Assembly (NCBI RefSeq): GCF_001194135.2
Contig: NC_068991.1
Coordinates: forward strand, 39,097,134 to 39,138,122
Direction: 5' to 3'
Source: Octopus bimaculoides
Taxonomy: Eukaryota
DNA length: 40,989 nucleotides
Both the position numbers and the translations under genes were made by a program. The notes beneath the pieces are model-generated. The model did no database searches and was not told where the DNA came from. It was given only the letters and a program-made list of their open reading frames with translations. How positions within the stretch are numbered: position 1 is the stretch's first letter; every line of letters begins with the position of its first letter. This document shows, one piece after another, positions 12,048-24,534 of this stretch.

Positions 12048-12167
12048 TGGGGAGATAAATCCCTGCTATCTCTAATGCTGAGACCACCAGATCACATATT
12101 TCAATCTTCCGTCGTCTTGTCAATAATGGATGCTTGACTGCTAGAGAAAGCAGCAATTTATCCCCCA
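12048..12167. repeat. Fold-back (inverted-repeat) element, MITE-like
   Basis: Arms TGGGGAGATAAATCCCTGCTATCTCTA (12048-12074) and TAGAGAAAGCAGCAATTTATCCCCCA (12142-12167); about 23 of 27 positions pair. Confidence 0.55.
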
Positions 12168-12499
12168 TCCATCCATGGTATAAAAAGTAGTACTTAATCT
12201 AATATTCTGAGATTCAGATAGAATCAATTGATTACAGGGGCTCCATTGAAGAATTCATCTTCATATTTTTTCATTGTTTGTTAGATGTCTTTGTCAAAGA
12301 ACTACTGCAGATACAAGGGTACTATATGAATATGGTGGTAGCCCATATCTTTCCAAACTATATCCATCAGAGAATTTGGAATCAACACTGAAAGCTAATG
12401 AAATGCTCTTCAATTTTATAGTACTATTATTAGTAGCAGGGAGTTATACTTCCAACTAATACCCTAGGTCATTATATGGTTGGTCTCTTATCTCAAGTA

Positions 12500-12565
12500 A
12501 CTGTGAAAATATGTGAACTTTGCCTTTCATCCTTTTGGGAGTCAATAAAATAAGTACCAGCATAG
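12500..12565 (+). mobile_element. SINE family B, part upstream of the Gypsy insertion
   Basis: AACTTTGCCTTTCATCCTTTTGGGAGTCAATAAAATAAGTACCAG; continues at 17055. Confidence 0.75.
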
Positions 12566-13109
12566 TGTAGCAGAGCTACATATTACATAGTAATATGTGA
12601 GTTGACCTGCACAGCAGACGAATATATCGATGAAGCATCTAGCCTCACTTTGATACAGTAGCCTCACTCTGAGACACTAGCCTTGTTCTGAGTTACACTG
12701 TAGAAACATCCTCAGTTCCTGCCAGGCTTCGTTCAAAGACACATGTCTTCTCTGCAGCTCCACACGCAATCTCCCATGTGTGACTCACAAGCGATACAAG
12801 ATATATGGATCATAAATGAAGATATTTTATCACATACACATTCACAAAATGACTGTTCTCATTACACACATGCATACATACTGTAATACAAATATTATAT
12901 GTTACTTCTTTCAGTGCAAAAGCAAAAATCAAAACTTTCTTTGTATGTAAACACACATGTTTTTGTATCATACTACATGCTTCCACCACAAAAGGTGAAC
13001 ACAGAATAAACAATATATTTATACACAAATATGTCTTATGATGATTCACACTAACTGTTTTTCCATTTAATAACACACACTTGAACAGCCAACAACAGCC
13101 GCTATAAAA
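12566..13109 (+). repeat. 5' LTR (544 bp)
   Basis: Starts TGTAGCAGAGCTAC, ends GCTATAAAA; first 37 nt identical to 16654-16690. Confidence 0.9.
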
Positions 13110-13121
13110 TAGTGACCCTGA
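13110..13121 (+). promoter_or_regulatory. Primer-binding site, probably tRNA-Trp type
   Basis: TAGTGACCCTGA directly after the 5' LTR versus TGGTGACCCCGA, the complement of the tRNA-Trp 3' end; both differences are transitions. Confidence 0.6.
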
Positions 13122-13130
13122 TATAAAAAA

Positions 13131-13243
<113 letters not shown>

Positions 13244-13475
13244 GTTCGTCAGACGCCTTGTTCAAAGAAAATGCATGTTACTAAGGAAACACACACCAAA
13301 GTCATTTACATATACACCACACTTACACCAACACATTTTCATATATAAACAATCTATTGCTAGGATGTTGCCGCCCCCAAAAATAATTCACTTTTGTTCT
13401 TGTAGCTGAGTCGGGCTAAAAAAAAAATTGGGGGGGAACTAGCCAAATGTTCTTTTTATCTCTTGCACATGTGAA

Positions 13476-16170
13476 TTGATGCACCATGTAGCTCATCACC
13501 ATTTTGTCTTCCTTCACAATATTAGGATATTTTTGCACCACTTCCACCTGCTCGTGGACATGTGCACTTGGTGCTTATGGGACGCGACCACAGAACTTTC
13601 TATTCCAAGTGAAAGGCCACTAACCACTGCAGTTAGTCCAGTCTTTTTCATTGCTGCCATGGACGACCCATACCATGTACTCTTAAACTCATATCCAGAA
13701 CTGACTAAACTAAATTTTTTTACTGTTGCTCCAACTCACACCACTACCCATTTCATCGAAACTAAAGGTGCTCCAGTTTGTTCTTGTCCTTGCTACCTCT
13801 CCTCAGAGAAGTTAAAGGCAGCCAAGGCAAAATTTAACCACATGCTCCAGTTGGGCATCATCCACCCCTCTCATAGACCCTGGGTGTCACCCTTGCACAT
13901 GGTTCCAAAGCATTCCAGGGACTGGCGGCCCACAGGTGACTACAGGAGATTAAACTCCATCACGCTGCCAGATAGATACCCAGTACCCTACAATCAGGAT
14001 TTTGCGTCATCTCTCCACAACTGCAGAGTATTCATCAAACTCGACTTGGTTAAGGCATACCATCAGATTCCTGTGAATCCAGTGGATATTCCAAAGACTG
14101 CCATAACCACTCCTTTTGGCACCTTCGAATTCCTAACTATGCTATTTGGTTTATGGAATTCAGTCAGCACATTTCAAAGGTTCATAGATGAAGTCGTCTG
14201 ACACTTAAACTTCGTCTATGCATACATCAAGGACATCTTGATAGCTAGTACCTCACTCAAGGAACATCTTCATCATTTTAAGCAAGTGTGGATCAACCTT
14301 ACCAAATGTGTTTTTGGTGCATCTCCTTTGACCATCCTAGGTCACATCATCAGCCCCGAAGGTATATTGCCACTGCCTGACAAGATGAAAGCATTACAGG
14401 AGTTACCTCCACCCACCTCATTACATCAGCTCCGACATTTCCTGGGACTATTCAACTTCTATTGGTACTTTGTTCCTCATTCAGCTGAAATCCTGTATCT
14501 GTTAAACACACTTGGAATAGGAAAAAGAGGAATGAGCCAATAGCATTGGACTTCACCTGACTTCTTCAATACAGCAAAGTAGTAACTCACCCAGGCATTG
14601 CTTCTTGCCCACCTTGTCGTGGATGCTCAGCTATCCCTTGTGGTGGATGCATCCAACACTGCCATAGGCATGGTGTTACAACAATTTCACCAGCAACAAC
14701 TCCAGCCTCTTGCCTTTTTCTCTCGGCAGCTTAAATCAGCTGAAACTCGCTGCAGCACTTTCGGACAGGAGCTGTTAGCTATGTATTTAGCAGTCAAACA
14801 TATTTGGCACACACTCGAGGATGCCAATTCATGATTTTTATGGACCACCATCCACTCACCTTTGTCCTGCACTTGAAGCCTGACAAGTACTCTCCATGGG
14901 AAACCAGGCACTTGGATTTCATTTCCCAATTTACCACTGACATCCGCCATATCTCATTTGTAGATAACACTGCAGTAGATGCCTTATCGCGCCTACCACT
15001 GAATTCGCCATTGTCACCCACAGACATCGACCCGCATCTCCTGTCTAAAGATCAACCTTGCTTAGAGGTAATTGATATATCCTCATCCGCATTTGCCACA
15101 TGCAACTTCAAGCACTTCTCAGTACCCACAGCTGACACTCAGATTTTGTGCGATACTTCCACAAATTCTCCTTGTTTTTTTGTTCGGGAGATCCACAGAC
15201 AGACAGTCTTCAGTACACTGCATAACCTGTCAAACCCTGGCGTCACTGCCACAGTGAAACTCATTTCGGCTAGATTTATTTGGCCAAATATGAGACTAGA
15301 CATCATTGCTTGATCACTCTCCTGCCTTTTCTGTCAGAAGTCAAAGGTGCATAGACACATCCGAGCACCCCTTGGCACATTCAACACACCAGATGTGTGT
15401 TTCAACCATGTACACATTGACCTTGTCGGACCTTGGCCAGTCAGCAAGGGATATACCTACCTGCTCCCCTGCATTGATCATTTCACATGTTGGCCGGAAG
15501 CTATTCCTTTAGTAGATATCACTGCAGAATCTGTTGCCAAAGCTTTTCTCACAGGATCGATAACATGGTACGGAGTCCCTACCACCATCACTACCAACCG
15601 TGGAAAACAGTTTGAATTACAACTCTTCCACAAGCTCACGAAGACCATAGGTGCACGTCGGATTTGAACCACCAGTTACCATCCACAATCCAACGGTATG
15701 GTGGAACGATTCCACTGTCAAATGAAAGCTGCTTTGCATGCTTACCCAGATTGGCAGTGTTGGAGCAAATATCTTCTAATAGTCCTCCTTGGCTGTCGAG
15801 CGTCGATAAAGGAGGATCTCAGTTATTCCCCAGCAGAGCCTATTTATGGCACACCTCTTTTGTTGCCAGGCCAGATGTTGGCCCCAGTGCATCTGTCCAC
15901 ACAAGACCTCACTATGTACATACAGAGACTTCGCAAATACATGCAAGTACTGCCACCCCTATCAACATGACACGAAACCACTAAATCATCAATTCCAAAA
16001 GAAAGTGATTCTTGGATCCATGTGTTTCTACGAAATGACGCTGTGAAAACTCCCCTCACACCTCCACACACAGGACCCTATCGTGTTGCACACAGACAAG
16101 CTCTATACCATAGACATTAATGGTAAAAAGAATACTGTCTCAATAGATTGGCTTAAGCAGGCATACACAG
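13476..16170 (+). pseudogene. pol: Gypsy pol pseudogene (protease C-terminus, RT, RNase H, integrase)
   Basis: [20 protein letters not shown]; [11 protein letters not shown]; YIKD (decayed YIDD); VVDASNTAIG...ELLA; HNLSNPG...C..C; HIDLVGP...IDHFT; TTSYHPQSNGMVER. Confidence 0.95.
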
Positions 16171-16653
16171 ACAGTGATACAATACCACCTCATACACCTC
16201 CCACATTCACAGTATGACATGAAACAAATGCTACTCCACTGCAACTACCACCAACACCATCACACATACCGACCCCTCCTCCATTTATATACATCACTAC
16301 GATTCTTAGTGGTCGCCATGTACATTGGCCCACCAAGCTGTCTAAAACTGTATACATCTGAACTATATTGAACTATTTGTGATCTTACCAAAGACTTTTC
16401 AACACATATCACCAACAATGCAGTTTTGTTCTTTACAGTATTCCTTTGAACTTTACCTAATCGACTTGAACATTTTGCTTATTTCTTTGTGTTCATATTC
16501 TGTTTACCCTTACTATGCTTTGTCTTTTCATTTCACTTTCTTATTTTTGTTGTATTGCATCCTTCTGTTTGTATTCCATGTTCTTACCTGCTTTTTGCAC
16601 TGCATATTTACATACACCATTTCTATTTTTTTTTCAAGTCTAGCAAGAGGCTA

Positions 16654-17054
16654 TGTAGCAGAGCTACATATTACATAGTAATATGTGAGTCGACCTGCAC
16701 ATCAGATGAATATATCGATGAGACATCTAGCCTTGCTTTGATACACTAGCATCACTTTGATACACTAGCCTCACTTTGATACACTAGCCTTGTTCTCATT
16801 CTGAGACACTAGCCTTGTTCTGAGATACACTGTAGAAACGTCCTCAGTTCCTGCCAGGTTTCAGTCAAAGACACGTCTTCTCTGCAGCTCCATGTGCAAT
16901 CTCCCACATGTGACTCACATGTCTATTCACCACAAAAGGTGAACACAGAATAAACAATATATTTATACACAAAAATGTCTTATGGTGATTCATACTAACT
17001 GTTTTTTCCATTTAATGACATGCACTTGAACAGCCAACGACAGCTGCTATAACA
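16654..17054 (+). repeat. 3' LTR (401 bp)
   Basis: TGTAGCAGAGC...GCTATAACA (TG...CA); lacks about 190 bp present in the 5' LTR; weak purine tract upstream. Confidence 0.9.
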
Positions 17055-17125
17055 GCACTGGAATCGATGTAATTGACTTACCCACTTCCCCCAAAATTGC
17101 TGGTCCTGTACCAAAATTTGAAACT
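17055..17125 (+). mobile_element. SINE family B, part downstream of the Gypsy insertion
   Basis: GCACTGGAATCGATGTAATTGACTTACCC...AAATTGCTGGTCCTGTACCAAAATTTGAAAC continues the SINE interrupted at 12565. Confidence 0.8.
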
Positions 17126-17433
17126 AATATTAATGTATATCTACTGATTTCTTATAAGGAAACAAAGTTTTCCAATCAGTTCAGAGTTCTCTTGCCTTGT
17201 ATCTGGCACTGACGACTGCTAAAATGCTAGAAATGTATCTTCCAGTCCCCAGGGAGCACTCTGAGTCCATAGGGGGCACTCTGAACTGACTTTAGTGTTT
17301 TTAACACCTTTTGCCTAAATTGAGAATTTTCCTCCATAGTAAAACCATAGTGAAAATGCTTGTTTATAGGTCAAATATATTCTAAATATATTTGAGCTGA
17401 TTTGTTCATTTTGCACCACAGCTCCAAGTGCCA

Positions 17434-17645
17434 CCGTTTAGCATTCAAATCATTCTGTTAAACATAATGTTCTTTTATTCACATTGTTTTGAATAAATCA
17501 TGAAATATCTTGTAGTTTCAATGATGTGGTAGTTTATTTTTAGAATAACATCGTAGAGTAGGTGTGAGGGACCACATCTGGCCAGTTTGAACATAAAGCA
17601 GCTAGAATATTTTAGCTGGATGTGGCCAGTTTAAATGTTAAAGGG
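17434..17645. mobile_element. piggyBac-like MITE
   Basis: Left CCGTTTAGCATTC, right AAATGTTAAAGGG|TTAA; 10/13 inverted match; left TTAA not preserved. Confidence 0.55.
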
Positions 17646-18147
17646 TTAAAATTGCATTGAGTTTTATTTCTCTTGGTTGTTCTTCTAAATCCTACAGATA
17701 AATTCAACATTTCAGAATTCTTCTTCTGGGGAAAAGTCAACAGAAGAGAAATAAATGAAAGACAGCTTGAGTTTTACATGGTCTATGTCTGAGAAACTTC
17801 TCCTCTACTACATCAATACTTATAGCATACAACTCCACTACTATGCCATACTTACATCATACATGTAGTATATATCCATTACACCATACTCACTGTATAC
17901 CTTCACTGTATACTACATAGTACTTATAGTATACCTCCACTCCTTCAGAATACTTATTACTTTATTGACCAGATTGAGCAACAAATGTTCTCTAATCAAT
18001 AAAACAAATCTACTTTCATATCACTCACAGACAGAAAGTGAACAAAGAGAAGCAACAGATAATGCATCTGTTATACATACATACATACATACATATACAT
18101 ATATATATATACTTAACTGCATATAAATATATATATGTGTGTGTGTG

Positions 18148-18194
<47 letters not shown>

Positions 18195-18508
18195 ATGATA
18201 TGTATGTGTGTGTGTGTGTATGCGTATAGATATATATGTATGTATGTATACACACACACACATATAAGGTAATGTTGAAAGTGGGGTTTGCTTAGAAAGG
18301 GTGTGTTGTTTTCTTATCAGTTCATTTACTAACGAGCTGTTCTTTGGTTTAAATCCTTTTATATCAATTTTGTGTGTTTTTACTAATTAATCTCCTGTCA
18401 AAGAGTGCACATGACATAGTGACCAGGTTAGCAGACATTCATTTGAGACATTTGCAAGGTTATACCTTGTCATGTGTATTGTGTTGTATATACACCCAAC
18501 AAACTTAC

Positions 18509-18578
18509 GTTTGAAAAGCTAAGTCTACATGGCTGTAAGTAGTTACCACTATGTGGTGCACTTCATCATTGCAAACAG
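18509..18578 (-). CDS. Candidate internal exon (phase 1-2; VCNDEVHHIVVTTYSHVDLAFQ)
   Basis: Acceptor TTTATTATACCACAG, donor GTAAGT, 70 nt, only one frame open, protein-like composition, outside recognised repeats. Confidence 0.35.
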
Positions 18579-18661
18579 CTGTGGTATAATAAATTGTTGA
18601 GTATTTTGATAGACCATGGGCTTAAAACTCTTTAACTATTCCCATAGAGAAAACATATATA

Positions 18662-18841
18662 GGCACAGGAGTGGCTGTGTGGTAAGTAGCTTGTTTACCA
18701 ATCCCATGGTTCGAGGTCCAGTCCCACTGCATGGCACCTTGGGCAAGTATCTTCTACTATAGCCTTGGGCTGACCAAAGCCTTGTGAGCAGATTTGGTAG
18801 ATGGAAACTGAAAGAAGCTGGTCGTATATATATATATATAT
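18662..18841 (+). mobile_element. SINE family A 5' half running into (TA)n and a gap
   Basis: GGCACAGGAGTGGCTGTGTGGTAAG (A box)...GGCACCTTGGGCAAG...GAAACTGAAAGAAGC. Confidence 0.85.
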
Positions 18842-19390
18842 NNNNNNNNNNNNNNNNNNNNNNNNNNNNNNNNNNNNNNNNNNNNNNNNNNNNNNNNNNN
18901 NNNNNNNNNNNNNNNNNNNNNNNNNNNNNNNNNNNNNNNNNNNNNNNNNNNNNNNNNNNNNNNNNNNNNNNNNNNNNNNNNNNNNNNNNNNNNNNNNNNN
19001 NNNNNNNNNNNNNNNNNNNNNNNNNNNNNNNNNNNNNNNNNNNNNNNNNNNNNNNNNNNNNNNNNNNNNNNNNNNNNNNNNNNNNNNNNNNNNNNNNNNN
19101 NNNNNNNNNNNNNNNNNNNNNNNNNNNNNNNNNNNNNNNNNNNNNNNNNNNNNNNNNNNNNNNNNNNNNNNNNNNNNNNNNNNNNNNNNNNNNNNNNNNN
19201 NNNNNNNNNNNNNNNNNNNNNNNNNNNNNNNNNNNNNNNNNNNNNNNNNNNNNNNNNNNNNNNNNNNNNNNNNNNNNNNNNNNNNNNNNNNNNNNNNNNN
19301 NNNNNNNNNNNNNNNNNNNNNNNNNNNNNNNNNNNNNNNNNNNNNNNNNNNNNNNNNNNNNNNNNNNNNNNNNNNNNNNNNNNNNNNNNN
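18842..19390. other. Assembly gap (549 N) flanked by (TA)n
   Basis: Run of N. Confidence 1.
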
Positions 19391-19432
<42 letters not shown>

Positions 19433-20175
19433 ATAATATAAATAATATATATATATGCATGTATACATACACATATGTACATACTTACATATATATGTAT
19501 ATACACATGCATATATGGTTACAGGATGTCATAAAACATAAACAACAGGAAATATGTAAACAACATGAAATACAAAATACAAAAACATGGAATATGAACT
19601 TTTTTGCAAACAATGAAAGAAACAAATGGAAAACAAGACAAGCAACATAAAAAGCAACCCTTCATTAGTTGTCGGCTGTCTTATCTACTCCACATTTGGA
19701 GCATTTATAACAAGATGTGCCTTTGTCAAAATGGTTGCTCCTGCAAAGTAAATCAAATAAAATTTGGGATTTGCGGAGGGTTAATGTTGATAACAAAAAC
19801 AGGACAGTGAAAACAGTAAGGGCTGTTAAGCCAAGACGATGTGAGGTGGTGGACGCTGGAGAAACAAGCTTTGACAGGAGACAGACAATGATGCGTTTGA
19901 TCTCTTGTAGCTGATCAGAAGAAAAGAAAGAAACTAAAGTTAGGAAAAGAAAGATGGCCAATGGTCATGTGTGAGAAATGAGAGAGTAAAGGAAGAAGAG
20001 TGAGGAAGAGAGAGAGGGACAGATAGAGAACAGTGAAGGGAAGAGGAAAAGAATTAGAGAAAGGATGAGAGAGAAAACAAAAGAGAAATAGAATAGAACA
20101 AGTGTTGCATCAAAATTATTAAGATAAAACTTACTTGGAAATGGATGCATGGCATTCAATCATATAATAATATAA

Positions 20176-20702
20176 NNNNNNNNNNNNNNNNNNNNNNNNN
20201 NNNNNNNNNNNNNNNNNNNNNNNNNNNNNNNNNNNNNNNNNNNNNNNNNNNNNNNNNNNNNNNNNNNNNNNNNNNNNNNNNNNNNNNNNNNNNNNNNNNN
20301 NNNNNNNNNNNNNNNNNNNNNNNNNNNNNNNNNNNNNNNNNNNNNNNNNNNNNNNNNNNNNNNNNNNNNNNNNNNNNNNNNNNNNNNNNNNNNNNNNNNN
20401 NNNNNNNNNNNNNNNNNNNNNNNNNNNNNNNNNNNNNNNNNNNNNNNNNNNNNNNNNNNNNNNNNNNNNNNNNNNNNNNNNNNNNNNNNNNNNNNNNNNN
20501 NNNNNNNNNNNNNNNNNNNNNNNNNNNNNNNNNNNNNNNNNNNNNNNNNNNNNNNNNNNNNNNNNNNNNNNNNNNNNNNNNNNNNNNNNNNNNNNNNNNN
20601 NNNNNNNNNNNNNNNNNNNNNNNNNNNNNNNNNNNNNNNNNNNNNNNNNNNNNNNNNNNNNNNNNNNNNNNNNNNNNNNNNNNNNNNNNNNNNNNNNNNN
20701 NN
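20176..20702. other. Assembly gap (527 N)
   Basis: Run of N. Confidence 1.
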
Positions 20703-20962
20703 ACAAGTATATAATCGTTTTAGGATCTCCCAAAAAATTTTTTCATGAACCTTCTGATTCTTTTAATGTGCTAGTTTCCTGCTATTAAATTGATATTAAC
20801 TAATATCGAATTTTTACCATATTATGTTAATTATATATATATACATATATATATGAGAGAGAGAGAAGAAAAAGAATGAGTGTGATAAAGAAAGAGAGAG
20901 GAGACAGAAGAAAGAGGAAAATATGAAAAAGAGAGATGTGTATAATACATGTTTGATTAAAG

Positions 20963-20997
<35 letters not shown>

Positions 20998-21532
20998 AGC
21001 AGTTTATTTGTTCCCCTTTGGCTCTGCCATTTAGCTAACAACATGCAGCTGATAATATTAAATAGGAGCTATAACAATATCTTGAGCATAATTTTGTTAA
21101 CATTATCCATGTTTTATAACATCTATGATAATAAAAAGTGGCTGCCACTATATTTCTATGGGTACTATGGAGTTGCGGTGGAAGCTACCAACAGTTCTGT
21201 TCTTTGCATTAATGGTATTTAACTATAATCAATATTCTGACAAGAGATGGGTTCTGCTAGATTGACATATGTTTTACATATGATGAAGAGATTGTGATTA
21301 CAAAGATTGTATGGCGCAAGGATTGTGTTAGTCATAAAACACCATAGAAGCTGCCTTGTAACTTTTTCTATGAATGTAAGCACAAACTGTATTAATTCTG
21401 ACACCAGCTATGGAACAAACTGTTAGATTTAAGGTTACACAGAAATGCGTTATAACAAAATACTATTATATATTATGTAGCAGTTGATTTAGTCTTTTCA
21501 CACAACTTCATTTATACTGGTATTCTTGCATC

Positions 21533-21736
21533 CTCTTATCTGTTTCAGTTATTAGACTGTGGCTATGCTGGAGCACTGCCGTGACGAATTTTTAGTTGAA
21601 CAAATCAACTTCAGTGTTTATTTTTTTGAAGATTGGTACTTATTCTATCATTTTTTTTGCCAAACTGCTATGTTACAGCGATTTAACCACACTAACACTA
21701 GCTGTCAAGTGGTGGTGGGTGACAAACATAGACACA

Positions 21737-21787
<51 letters not shown>

Positions 21788-21948
21788 ATAGGCTTCTTTC
21801 AATATCTGTCTACTAAATCCACTCACAAGGCTTTGATAGGACTGAAACTTTAGTGAAAGACACTTGCCCAAGGTGCCATGCAATAGGACTGGATACAAAA
21901 GAACCATGTGGTTGGGAAGCAAACTTCTTACCATGCAGCCATGCCTGC

Positions 21949-21950
<2 letters not shown>
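21533..21950 (-). mobile_element. Full-length bipartite SINE family A with internal (TG)n
   Basis: Same three-part layout as 7241-7669. Confidence 0.85.
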
Positions 21951-21994
<44 letters not shown>

Positions 21995-22189
21995 GTGTGT
22001 GTGCATGCATGTGCATGCATGTGCACACGTGCATGTATGTGTATGTACATATAATCTGTTGAGCAGATTATTTTTTCTCTAATTGACTGACTTGCTCTAT
22101 AGTTTCTTACAGAGTCTCAGAGAAAGGAAACATGACAGTGTGAGATATATATAGAATTATTCCTCACATAGTCAACCCCTATGTGGTCA

Positions 22190-22390
22190 CTCACCCTGTT
22201 AGAAACAACAGCCAAATATTCCCTAAATCACAACCTGTTTTTTCAAAAAGAAGAAGGACATATTATAGAATAATAACTTCACAGATACACTTTAGCAAGA
22301 CAAAAAAGAAAAATTATAATGCTATTTAAATGTTTTTAACTATAAGTTTGAGCAATCATAATTGACTTAGGATTAAACAACAACAGCAAC
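22190..22390 (+). repeat. Interspersed repeat of uncertain class
   Basis: TAGAAACAACAGCCAAATATTCCC core resembles 8430-8460 and 12142-12167; ends in a CAA-rich tail. Confidence 0.4.
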
Positions 22391-22576
22391 AAATGCATTT
22401 GGCCATTTGGCTCCAAGTACTGGGAATATGGATATAACAGTAGCTATAGACATTATGTGAAGAACGTCCATCTTAAAGGATATTTTCTGTGCATATTAAT
22501 ATTTGTTAATCTTCACTAGCAAGTTGAGAATTATAGACTTAGTGATAACTAATGGATATATGTCCATGTATGTATG

Positions 22577-22613
<37 letters not shown>

Positions 22614-22625
22614 GATCTGATACAC

Positions 22626-22656
<31 letters not shown>

Positions 22657-22657
<1 letters not shown>

Positions 22658-22866
22658 GAGGGGATTTTGAAAAGTTCCTGGTGTTAAGGGTGTTGCAGAA
22701 GACCTGGTCGGAGGTCCAAGTTTCTGAGTTCTTTTGCAGGGCTTTGAAAAACTGAAGGGCTGCGATAATAAGTGTGTGAATCTGAGAGGGGAATATGTTG
22801 AATAATTAACAGATCGGCTTGTATTTTCTTTTACCCAAAGCCAGGAACTTTTTCAGCATCCCTTTG
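22657..22866 (+). mobile_element. Non-autonomous mariner (MITE) with TA TSD
   Basis: TA|TGAGGGGATTTTGAAAAGTTCCTGG...CCAGGAACTTTTTCAGCATCCCTTTG|TA; internal GFEKLKGCDNKCVNLRGEYVE* (22740-22805) resembles a mariner transposase C-terminus. Confidence 0.8.
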
Positions 22867-22879
22867 TATATGGGTTTGG

Positions 22880-23020
22880 GCATGTCTGTTTGGTAAAGAA
22901 GTTCACTTTCTAACCATGTGGTTTCAAGTTTAGTTCTACTGTGTGGCATCTTGGACAAGTGCCTTTAACTATAGCCTCGTGTTGGCTAAAGACTTGTGTG
23001 TGGATTTGGTAGATAGAAAC
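22880..23020 (+). mobile_element. SINE family A 5' fragment
   Basis: GGTAAAGAAG...GGCATCTTGGACAAGTGCCT...GGATTTGGTAGATAGAAAC. Confidence 0.7.
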
Positions 23021-23180
23021 ATCTGGTCCTTGGGTGCTTTCGGTGCAGTTCATTTTGCTCCAAGCATTCAGTCTTGGTCCAGTTTGAAGATAATTCCTTG
23101 CTTTCCTCCCAGAAAAAATAAAGGATTATACAAGGTGCACTTTTCCCTTTTTAAGTAAAAATGTACATATAGATGTGTGT

Positions 23181-23222
<42 letters not shown>

Positions 23223-23294
23223 ATGCATACTTTTAATTTTAAAAAAAGAGCCAAAATTACAAGAATTGCAAAATAACCACTTACACTGGAAGTT

Positions 23295-23447
23295 NNNNNN
23301 NNNNNNNNNNNNNNNNNNNNNNNNNNNNNNNNNNNNNNNNNNNNNNNNNNNNNNNNNNNNNNNNNNNNNNNNNNNNNNNNNNNNNNNNNNNNNNNNNNNN
23401 NNNNNNNNNNNNNNNNNNNNNNNNNNNNNNNNNNNNNNNNNNNNNNN
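23295..23447. other. Assembly gap (153 N)
   Basis: Run of N. Confidence 1.
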
Positions 23448-23680
23448 AAAAGAAACAAATGTATATAAAATTTCTTTTTTAAAAAGGCAGCCAAAACACA
23501 CACACACACACATACAAAAACTGACACTTATTTATTTTAATCCAGACTGAATGTGAATTGGCAGACTGTAGTTCTGGAAGCTCTCTACATGATAAATTAA
23601 CTTAACACAAACGTGATTGGACTTTTCAGTGTTTCTTTATAAATTCTGTTCAGTGGGAATAACACTTAATCTCCCTTACA

Positions 23681-23711
<31 letters not shown>

Positions 23712-23914
23712 TTCTGAGTGTGTGTCCTGTGATGTGTGTGTGTGCATGTATATGCATGCATATGTGTGAGGGTGTTTATTTATTATTCATTGCTTTTGTT
23801 TCTTTTGTTGTTGTTGTTATTGTTGTTTTAACAAGAATATCTGTTGGCCATCAGTGTGTCCATTAGCCATTAGTATTCTGACCATTATGAAATGATCATG
23901 AGGTGGTAAAGTAG

Positions 23915-24155
23915 GTAGAGAGTGAGAATGAGAGTGAGAGTGAGAGAGAGTGAGAGTGAGAGTGAGTGAAAGAGAGAGAGAGAGGGGAAGACAGAGAGAG
24001 AAAGAGAATGAAATGGCAAATAACATTGATTCATTTTTTTTCAGTTCCTTCCCTACAACAAGCAATACCACCACCACCACCAACACCACTGCAACTGCTA
24101 CTGCCACCATCACCACCATCACCACCATCACACTATCATCACCATCACCACTATG
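23915..24155. repeat. Low-complexity (GAGAGT)n/(GA)n and (ACC/ATC)n tracts
   Basis: Visible simple repeats. Confidence 0.85.
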
Positions 24156-24337
24156 AACACACCTGACACTTTTACTTTGACTAGCACTGTAAGACATAAG
24201 TGTGGATTTTACCATCTTCTACTTTCAGAGATGAATATGTACATGTAATAATTTTGGTCTGTCACATGAATAAATCTTTTCTCAACATCAGTTTGTTCTT
24301 TTTTTTGTCCTGTATTCTGCTCCTACTAGTGGTTTTG

Positions 24338-24533
<196 letters not shown>

Positions 24534-24534
24534 T

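Noticed and set aside
16727-16830. Short direct repeats that could suggest a CRISPR array
   Set aside because: Units are contiguous with no unique spacers, lie inside an LTR, and the DNA is eukaryotic
17371-17395. 11-bp perfect hairpin TCAAATATATT-cta-AATATATTTGA
   Set aside because: Almost all A/T and low complexity; likely chance
19650-19930. Possible Penelope-like terminal repeat
   Set aside because: Only a vague resemblance from memory (CTAATGAAGGG on the minus strand); no RT or GIY-YIG peptide and no second copy in the window
18636-20733. 200-278 aa ORFs full of X
   Set aside because: They span N gaps; not evidence of coding sequence
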